A DNA stretch of 64,000 nt from Raillietiella orientalis (lineage: Eukaryota): NCBI GenBank assembly GCA_036172245.1, contig JAYWIR010000010.1, forward strand, positions 682,001-746,000. The letters run 5' to 3'. Position 1 is the first letter of the stretch; each line of letters starts with the position of its first letter. Shown here piece by piece: positions 53,901 to 64,000 of this stretch. The position numbers and the translations under genes were made by a program. The notes beneath the pieces are model-generated. The model was not told the DNA's origin. It searched no databases and was given only the letters and a program-made list of their open reading frames with translations.

Positions 53901-56900
53901 TGACTCTTAGCTTCATTTTTCTTATTCTCTTCTTCCAAACGACGTTTTTCTTCACGTTTTTCCAATTTTTTCTTTTTCTTCCGTTCTCTTCTTCGTTGAG
54001 CTGCCATTCTACGACTCTCTTCTCGCGTTCGTTCTTGATCTAATTCTTCTAACAAAATAGTGGCATTTTTGTTGGCTTCTGCAGCTTGCCTTTCCTTAGC
54101 TTGACGTATTATTTCCATACACTGAGTGCACTTTTTAATTAGTTCTTTATCAGTGATAGTGGCAATGAATCGGGTCTGTTCTTGATCACTTGGGAACTGA
54201 GTCACATGTTTCACCATCCATTTCACCACACGAACATGACCTTTGCGGAAAGCAGCCATCAGGCAAGATACTTTTCGATTGTCTTGAGAATCAATGTCAG
54301 CATTGGCAGAGTATAACAACTGCACCACATCCAAATGACCACCATTGGCAGCTAACCACAAAGGAGAGTTTCCTTTCTTGTTTTTCACGTCAACCTGTGC
54401 TCCTCTATATAACAAGCAGTATTGTGAATGTGCAGAAAATATGGCTGCTTACCTTTCCAAGAGGAGCTCAACAAACTTATAGTGACCTTTATCAGCAGCA
54501 ATTGTTAAAGCTGTGTCACGTGATGAGGGAACTGGAGGCGCATTCACATCAGCATTTTTATCCAGAAGGACCTGACCCACTTCCACAAATCCTCCACTAG
54601 CAGCTTCCATGAGAGGAGTAAGACCAGTCTGTTAATAATATATTTATACATCCTGACCTAAAGGCACCTACCTTAGCTCTGTGCTCCACATTCGCTTTGT
54701 GCTCTAAAAGAAGAGAAACTACTTCATGCCTGCCTTGAAAACATGCTAATGTCAATGCTGTATTGCGATTGGTCTCAATTTGTGCATTAATGTCACTGCC
54801 CATCTCCAAAAGAACACGAACAGCAGCACTATGTCCATTCATTGCAGCTAACATCAAAGGTGATATCCCCAGCTTGGAACCAGTTCGAGAATTAATCTCA
54901 GCACCATGACTGAGCAGCAACTTGATGATATTCACATATCCTCCAGATGCAGCTAAACTGAGTGGAGTGTAATCAGATACATTACGATGTTCCTTATTTG
55001 ACAGGCGGCTTAACAAAACTTCCACAACCTCAATTCTACCACCAGAGCAAGCCAAAGATAAGGGCGTATCTTTAGTACGCTCAGACATAGCTTCAATCTT
55101 TGCACCATGGTTCAAAAGAATCTCCACTACACCAGCATGACCAGCAGTGGCAGCCAAAATCAGGGGCGTGAATCCTTTTTTGTCTCGATGTTCAATGTCT
55201 GCTCCACGACTTAACAGCATTTTGACAAGTTCTTCGTGGCCTCCAGCACAAGCCAAAGTCAAACACGTATCATGGTTGCTGTCTGTTTCAGATTCAATGT
55301 CATACTGTAAAAGTGGATGGCGTAAAAGTGCTTGATACTGAGGAGGGATCAATGTCTCGTGCAACTCTCGTGCAGGTGCAGCCACCATTAGTCCATCATC
55401 AAGAGGCAAATTAGGGGCAAAACTTGTTACAGGACTTGTCATCATAGGCACAGTAGGTGCAGCCATTGTCACAGGGAGAGGTGAATCTATGCTTGTCTCG
55501 TTATTTCTCTTCAATCCTAAAACACCTGAGAAAAGCAAATTGCAATTCAATAAATGAAATCTACATGCCTAATTGAGGTTGGAGGGGTAATGCTTGGGTT
55601 TGAACCTCAGCATTTACTTGAGTACTCTGATAAGTTTTAGGAGTTGGAAATGACATTCCTTGCAAAACATTACCAGAAGAGGCAGGAGATGAAGATAAAC
55701 TTAAAGATGTAGGAACAAAATAGTTGGTACTACAACCTTCCAGTCCGGAATGAACAGATAACGATCTCAACTTGTGCACAACTTTATCCTCTGAGGTTTC
55801 ATCCTCCTCTGCTTGCATTTGAGCTTTCATTTCCTCTATAAACTGATTTTGTAGCTCCTGATCGATCTTTTTCTCCCTCTTAGATTTTTTTTCCTTTTGA
55901 GACTGCTCTTCTTCTTCTTCCTCTCCTTCCACATCATCTTCATCATCATGTTGTGTGACTAGCTCTGCTGCCTGCTGACTATATTTTTCCAACTGTGATA
56001 AAAGCATCTGTTGCTGTTGTAGCACATTGTGATAAGTTGGTACCGTCAAATGAGGACTGCTGGCATACTGCTGTTCCATAGCTTGCATGTACAAGGCGAG
56101 ATTTTGGCTGTGCTGTAACTGCAGCTGCGCTAAAGCATTCTGGGATAACTGAGGGGATGATGGTGGTGCTGCTCCCATAGGTGAAAAAACCAACTGCTGT
56201 TGCTGCTGGACTCCTGATGGCTGCTTTTTATTCTTCAATTCCTTTTTTACTACTCCTTTGATTTTAGGCACTGATGACTTATCACTACATGATACAATTG
56301 GATTTGTTACAATAACCGATTCCCTGGAAGGTACTGAAGAACTCATATCCACAGGATACTGATTGGAGGATACAGTTGGAACAACCGTAGATTTAATACA
56401 GAAATCAGCATTTGGCACTTGACATGGATTAGGAGATGCCAACTGCATTAAGTCATGGGAATTAAAATTCAATCCCATCTGGCCATTAAATTCTAATACT
56501 GATGGAAGAGCTGCAAAAAAATCAGTAAAAGTTAAATGATTAAAAACTCACATTCCATTCTCTGTAGCTCCTCATAAATCTGCTGTTTTTGAAAAAGCTG
56601 GTCTTCCTTCAACATACCTTCAGCAGTTGTATTGCGAAGTAAAGATTTTAAATAGCTGTCTACATTTTCCTCTGATATATCACTAGATAAATATGAGGTC
56701 AGTTTATGTTTATCTTCTTCCAATTTTGTTATCTTATCCTCTGAATATAAAACATCTGCAGGGTGTAAAGAAGCAGAGGTGTAACCCGAACCATCCACGA
56801 TATTTAAAAGATGAGTGGAAGTGGTTGGTGGTGGGAGGATCATGCTGTTGGGCCAATCTATTAAGAGTTGAATCACTGCACTATGACCACCTTTGGAAGC

Positions 56901-59900
56901 TTCAAGTAACATGTTCGAATTGTCTTTGAGTTTATGATTGGGATCTGCTCCTTGAAACAGCAATAACTGAACAACATGAACATGTCCTCCAAGACATGCC
57001 AATGAAAGTGGAGTGTGATCATTGTTTGTAGTCTGTGCATTCACATCTGCACCCTTTGCTATTAGTAGTTGCACTGTTTCGAGGTGCCCCCCTCTGGCAG
57101 CCTTCATAAGAGGTGTCCGGCCACCTTCAGATCGATGTTCCAACTCAGAATTAAGTTGCAATAAATACTCAGCAATTTCTGTATGGCCATTTTCACACGC
57201 ATAACTAAAGGCAGTGTCACAAGTTTGATTTTGAGCATGGATGTTGGCACCTAGCTTAACTAGATAGCGAACTAGATCAAATTGACCTTCTTGGGCTGCT
57301 TCCATAATAGGTGTAGAAGCTCCCAATTCAATATCAGCACCAGCTTTAATAAGAAAATCCGCTACATCGAAAAAACCACCACAACAAGCTAAAGTCAGTG
57401 CAGTTTCTTGTGTCTCTTCAGTTTGAGCATTGATTTCAGCTCCTTGACTCAACAAAAATGCAATCATGTCCTCATGTCCTTCACGTGCAGCTTCCATCAA
57501 AGGAGTATAGCCTTCATCATTCACTTCTTCAATATTAGCACCACGTTCTAGTAAAAGCATAGCTAATTCTATGTGCCCTCCACATGCTGCCAAAGTCAAT
57601 GGAGACTCAAAACTATCTGCAGGCATGTTTACTTGAGCACCTGAGTCTAACAAAAGACGTGCAACTTCCACATGCCCGTCCATACATGCCTCCATAAGAG
57701 CTGTATGCATCTCATCATTTTTGTGTTCATTATAGCAAGTCTACTTAAATGTCATGCATATATAAGCATTAGGTCTTATGATTACCTGATTGGCACCTTC
57801 TTCTAAAAGGAATCTCACCATGTCTAGATGACCTTTATAGCAGGCTAAAGTTAAAGCAGATTCTTTAAATTCATTGGAATGGGTATTGATTCTGGCACCA
57901 TGTTCCAATAGTAGCTGTAATATGACAGGATTGCAATAACTGGGATTACTTCTCTTACTTTAGCTATTTTCACATGACCCGCACTTGAAGCCTCCATCAA
58001 TGGAGTATGTCCATTATCATTGTGTTCCTCAACCAAAGCACCAGCTTCAAGTAGTACAGAAACTACCTCTTCATGCCCACCAGAACAAGCAAACATTAAA
58101 GGTGTGTTACCTAAACCACAGAATAAAGCAATGCATCTGATGAAGCTCTAACAGCTCACCAGAATTAGATTTAGCATTAACATTGGCTCCATGCTGGATA
58201 AGTAACCTAACAATGTCCACGTGGCCTGCTGAAGCAGCTTCCATCAAAGGGGTGCACTCCCCCTTCATACCACGATCTTCCACATTAGCCCTCATGGCAA
58301 GTAACACCTGTGCCAATTCGTAATAGCCTGAAGAACAGGCTAGTGAGAGAAGGCTTTCACCGTTCTCGTTTCTCTCGTGGACACTTTTGCCCTGGTCTAA
58401 GAGCTTTTTCACTGCAGATATATCGCCGTCTAAACACGCTTTGGCCAGCCTAAGGACTTATACAGAACACTGGAGAGGTTTTTGCTCACTTTCCACATAA
58501 ACTTTCACTACGCATGCGACTAAGGGCGGCAGCAGCTTCATCCAGTGCACAGGACACGCTTGATGTTAACCGTCTCAGAATCTCTGGATCTGCGAGAGGC
58601 CGACCATCCACAGTAGAGCACTTTCCCAAACCTATGTTCCCATGGTTTTTCAAATGCAAGTACAAATTTTATTTCTTGCAAACCTGCAGATTCCAAAAAA
58701 GCCTCAATTTGTGCTTGAGTCTCAGAATCAACTGTTGTAAAATCTGGACTGATACAAGTGTCGGGGGAAGACAAGAAATGGGAAGTTTCTACACTTGAAT
58801 CAGTCTCCAACAAAGGGTCAATCGAGGCAAGTGAGGCCAACTACGAATAAACAAAATTATTGTAATAAAAATAGTTTGACTTAATAAAATAACACATTTT
58901 TTATATACTCTCTACAAAAAATGAGAAAGCTTCTTTTTTAAATGCTTACTTTATCATTGTAATTCAGATTTAAAAGTGAGTGCAGGCAACATTGAACATT
59001 CCTATCCCAAAACAGGATAACACTAATGAATAGCTTACAATATATGAAACACTTTTCTACTGATCTTGCCATAAGTGTAACAATCAATCTCGGAGAGAAC
59101 AAACAAATAGATAATTCAATTCCTTCTCTGAGTTTGTAATCAAAGATTTTTCCTCTTAATGCAAATGATGGAAAAAATCCTCGGTTTAGTTCAACGTGCC
59201 AATATCAGTCAACTTCAGTTAGCCTTCAAGCATATAGTAACGTAACAAATAAGTAGCTATCGTACAGATGGTTAGTCTTTACACATCGCTGCCTGGTTTT
59301 CTTTAAAAAATATCATTCGAAAAGAATGTTGATTTTACCTTCTAGCATACCTATCAAACAATAAGAACAAGTATGCAAATACACAAAATTGATTTTTTTT
59401 TTCTTTAACTCGGAAAAAATTTGCATTTTGTTTCTGAGAACACTTAGGACTTCAGCTGTTAAGACTTGACTGCTTCAACAAATGAACTTACAAAATACGA
59501 AATATTGCCTATATTGAAAGTACAAACAAATGAGATACATTCGATTTTGAAATGAGAGTGGAATAAGATGTTTGTTGTCAAGATGCACAAGATAAAAAAA
59601 GAATAGAAATGAAAATAATACAAACATCACTGAACAAGCTAGATATGGGGCAGCCAATCATAAGGAATTTTATTCTAAAGCTGGGAAAACAAAGAAAAAA
59701 ATTAAACATGATCGAAAATCCTTTTTTGAAGCTTGAAAACTACAAGTACTTCTCACATAGCGCAATGGAAAAGAAAGAGAAATACTGACAAAGAAATAAA
59801 TGGTCAGAAACAAAACTAAAATGTTTGCATAAGCTTTGTTGTACAAGAGCGTTTAAAGCATATGCTTTTCTACGAATCCGCTTAATCGTGATATTTCTTT

Positions 59901-62900
59901 TAGAAGCATGCGAATCACCTTCAAAATTCTGAACAATTGTTTGATCTTACTCCCCTTCTATGTCCACATGCTCCAATTCAAAAAATTTGCTCCTCTGTAG
60001 TTTTTCACTACCTTCCTCATAATTCATTTTTGCCCTCAACAGTAGTTTTTTTTTTGCCCTGAGAAGCAAAGTTGACTCGAAATTTTTACAGCCAAATGCA
60101 ACACAGATTTGATTAAATTGTTTGCTTTTCAAAGAAAAATGGCTAGGAGAAAGATAGCAGTCTCATTCCAACGAAATGCTTGACTTTCCTTCATTCCATT
60201 AAACCAGTGAATTTTTAATCTCCCTGATAGACAGAAACTGAGTATCTCTAGTCCTTGTTCCATACTTAGAAAAACCATTTTTTAGAAATATTCCCAATCA
60301 CTACTGAGACAAATCATGCATTTATTTTCTTCTATTGTCCATACGGAATTCACTGAATTGTATCACCATAACAGTACAGAGATTACACTACATTCTACAA
60401 AAGCACTTAATATACTACAAACCAATTTAAAGTCTGTATTCAAAGTATTTGCAAACTGAGCACATAATGCTTTAGTTAAAAAAATGCTTAACAAATACAT
60501 ACAGTTGCTAAGGAAAGCATCATCTCCATGTGTTTTTGATCATATCACCTTACATTCCCAAATTTTTCTTCTTATTTTTAACATGTTTCTAACTCTTATC
60601 TAGTGTTGTTTCTTGTAACAAGACTCCTTTCCTTAAATCTAAATGTAATATCTTATAGACTCAGTATTCCTATGCACCTTGTTCTCTCCTCAGTCTTCTA
60701 TAATATTTATCATCAACAACGAATTAAAAGTTTCTTAAACTGAAAATTTCAAATCTCTAGTTTCTTGTATTCTTTGTCACCTGATTCTACTGTCTTCCCA
60801 TTTAACTGTCAGTTTCACAAACATACATATACATATAATGAAAGCAAACATATTGCTGCCATTCATTTATCTCATGATTCTGTTGAACTGTTCTCATTCT
60901 GACTTGAATACACTAAATCACAAAAGGGAAAACACAAATCTCAATCTCGTATATACATACTGTCTTTCTGATAAAGTTCAACTATAAAAACCTTTCAGTA
61001 TTTTATTCTATACTATCGACTGGTAGCATATAACATCTTATATAAAAGCACGTAACCATGCTTTCCTTAATGTTTCAGGCCACCTTTCCTGAGAACTTAT
61101 GGATCCCATACTCTCAAGCACAAGCAGACCAATGCTATCAACATGTTGACTCCATTTACAATGTTTTCCACTATCTACTCAGGTTAAATCATCACAAAAA
61201 CTCCAAGGCTCTATGAATAATTTTAAGATCTATAAACTTATAAAACTTTTCCCAGAACTCTGCAAGTGTCTGATATAAGCTGATTTTCAATATTTCAGCA
61301 TTCTTAAAATGCACATTGTTCATGGATGTCCAAGGCAAACAGTATGTGTCTGCTATACAAGCTTTGGAATAAGAATAAGAATTAAATTTCACAAATGTTC
61401 TAAGAAATTTTGTTTTTCAGAATCAACTCACCCTTATTGCTTCCTATTTTAACCTCTCTTGACCATGTCTTTTAAGATTAGGTTTTTAAGAACAATCTTG
61501 TATTTCAGTTATACTTATTTTTTGTTGCCAAATGATCCAAATAAACAGGGTGTTCATATTTTAGGATTTTTCTGAGTTTAGTTCAACTAATATTTGAATC
61601 TATTAAATTACCTTTGAAGTTTTAAGGCATCACTCTTGCATTTACTCTCTTTCCATCTCCATACACTCTTGATTAAATAACTTAATCCTCTGTAGTCTTT
61701 CAAACTTAATAAATTTTCCAATAATTAGTTTTCGTAGTTTCAGCTGTAAAGCTAACTTAATTCTAAGTTTTTACACAATCAAACCAAAACTAATTGTTTT
61801 AGTCCTTAGCATAACTGTTAATTTATGGTCACATGATTTCATTCTCCAATAACAGAATTAACCAACATTCTGACCCATTGAAATCAAAAGCTGTATGAAA
61901 TCTCGAAATACATCCAAGGATCTAGAATTTCCTTTACAGCTTATACCACATACTTATTCTTTGTACATGCACAAAATCAAATAAGGACTCTCACAACTTT
62001 AATATACCATCATTCATTCTTGTTCATGCAGCTTATTTTATTTGCCAGCATGATCGTTGATTTTTTTTTGCCTAGTTTCATGCCTCATCAAATTGGCTTG
62101 AACAATCTCATCTCAAACAATACGAGAATTGTACGAAAATGTTGTAATTGTCAACAAACTTTGTAAATAAATAAAATACGCTTATTATCTGCGATATTTT
62201 TCCCAAATAAAAATTCAAATGTAAGAAACATGATCTCTGCAATAATTAGGAAAGCAGTTTTAAAAATGCAATGAAATGAAGCATTAAATAAACTGTTTTG
62301 TCATAACTTCAACATGCTGACTAATCAAAAACCTACATATTTGAAGACTACAATAATGAAAAGAAAACTAAACTCTTCACAGTTTAAAAAAATATAATAA
62401 TATAAAAGTAAATTTGATAATTTGCCAATAGCTTTAAGAAAAACCTTTTGCAATACATGCAGTTTTGTAGTTAAGTACTCAGTTTACAGTTACTGTACAG
62501 TTATTAAGAATAATACAATGCAGTACATGATCCCACTTATTCATCTTCAGTGTATTTCATAAACAACAAATTTTTGCTGTTTATGAAAAGCACTGAAGCA
62601 AGTTAAATTCAAGGCAAACAAGTACAAGGATAATTAAGTGCCTGTTCTGGTAATGTTCATTAAAATGGATATAATAGATTAAATCATCATGAAGTATCGA
62701 TTCTGAAATTGTTCAAGTGTTATGAAAACAACTGAGAACTTTTTTCATTCAAATTGTTTTCTGGGTTTTAATATTAGGTCTTGATTACTTAATTCTGTTA
62801 ATTATAATTATTCAAAGAATTTTGTACCATCTATCCTTCTAATTTTAAAAAAACACAAGGTAATTTCTTCATTCTGTTTATTTCTAATATAAGATTTGAA

Positions 62901-63264
62901 AATTACATGTAAAAAAGGTTCCATTTTATACTGATAAACCACTGCATATCAATGCAAGTTATGTAACTCATATTTAATTCGATAAAATCCGACATTGTTT
63001 ACTGCAGAAGGCGCATAAATTTCTTAAAACAATAAATTAACTGATGCTATCAATTCATTATGGTATGAAAGTACGGCAATACGAAATGATCTTCTACTGC
63101 TAGGCAAACTTTAATTCATGCACTGCTTTATTTAAACACATTTATCATACTGGAATGTAATTAAATACTCATTCATGGTACAAAATTTTCCATAGAATTT
63201 TTAACTTTATATACGTTACCTCACAGAAACATTCCTTATCAGATTCTTGCACAGCATTCTGCAT
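50959..63264 (-). CDS. mask: Multiple ankyrin repeats single KH domain protein (MASK; ANKHD1/ANKRD17 ortholog, ~2445 aa); exons 63264-63220, 58840-58684, 58631-58490, 58449-58160, 58110-57959, 57914-57786, 57740-56552, 56510-55569, 55525-54672, 54628-54453, 54404-53355, 53307-53001, 52955-52428, 52384-51038, 50988-50959
   Basis: ADPEILRRLTSSVSCALDEAAAAL, two ankyrin blocks (MHTALMEACMDGHVEVARLLLDSGAQVNMPADSFESPLTLAAC; ETDSNHDTCLTLACAGGH), EGWKEVVRRSKKVSVPANAISRVIGRGG KH domain, Pro-rich tail. Exon sum 7338 nt is divisible by 3. First (MQNAVQE) and last (MWNNWGPQL) exons are less certain. Confidence 0.95.
60250..61400 (-). mobile_element. Decayed RTE-like LINE RT relic inside mask intron 1
   Basis: Minus-strand remnants in RT order: LAEFWEKFYKFIDLK (~61230), TFRFKERSLVTRNN (~60630, F.YLGS-like), ECSVISVLL (~60380, SVLLYG-like). 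Confidence 0.35.
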
Positions 63265-64000
63265 TTTTGACGTAACAGTAGAAGAAATACATTTATAACT
63301 TTTTCAAATCCTAATCGTCAAGGTAAATTTATGTTTATTCATTTCTGAAAAAAAAAATACATTGTATTTTTTAAACTTTTATACTGCTAGCTTCAAGATC
63401 CTATTGACTGAATACAAGTTAAATTGTATTAGCTAACATATATGCAAGCAAAAAGTTATGTCGACAAACTCCCGTATATACAAAACTGTAGGTATTTGGT
63501 TCCGTTCACTGCCATCTTACGTAGCACATCGTCATTTTGCGTACAACATTCACATGAAAGCATGATAATCAGGGTCTCTTTAAAGGAACCACGCTTAGCT
63601 ATTTTTTATGTTCTAAATGAATAATGGAATTTTATATAATACTTTTTGGAAAAATCATGCATTTTTTAATACTGCTTTCCCCCAAAATATCCTGCTATTC
63701 TTGCACGATTTCCGTAATTTCCTTTATTGCATACCAAACACAGTCATACCAAAGATATATTGGGTAACAAAATTACATTCCCATTGCAATTATTGAATAA
63801 GTAATACGATCTAAAAAAAACGTCATTATAATTATCATACTGATTACATTTCTGAAGATATGATTAGTAGTAATTGAAACACTTAGTGGTTTTAACGAAG
63901 TAAAAATGAAGAAAAAAAAAGCTTGCAGCAAATATAAAAGTACATTATCCATTAAATCAGTTAGCACTTTATATAATAATTATATTTTCCATAACTGAGG

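Noticed and set aside
1..64000. CRISPR arrays, rRNA, hammerhead cores
   Set aside because: No repeat-spacer periodicity or rRNA motifs; the CTGANGA hits inspected (e.g. ~43084, ~49127) lack a stem II plus GAAA.

Overview
Eukaryotic nuclear DNA from an invertebrate animal, most likely a non-dipteran arthropod (inferred from the myosin regulatory light chain type and CpG pattern). Five spliced protein-coding genes were reconstructed by hand with phase-consistent exons: RNF141 (+), a VIP36/VIPL-like lectin (-), muscle myosin regulatory light chain (+), MKS1 (+) and MASK/ANKHD1-ANKRD17 (-). Most introns are only 40-57 nt. The GC/CpG-rich stretches between genes hold retroelements. One is an L1/Tx1-like LINE family with three 3'-end copies sharing a covarying structured tail (two have 15-bp TSDs; poly(A) is nearly absent). 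Another is an unusually long tRNA-headed SINE-like family (two copies, one interrupted by the LINE tail). There are also heavily decayed LINE/transposon relics and orphan clusters of mini-intron signals without a clean ORF. No rRNA, intact tRNA or CRISPR array was seen. All calls come from manual reading and recalled family motifs; no searches were run.
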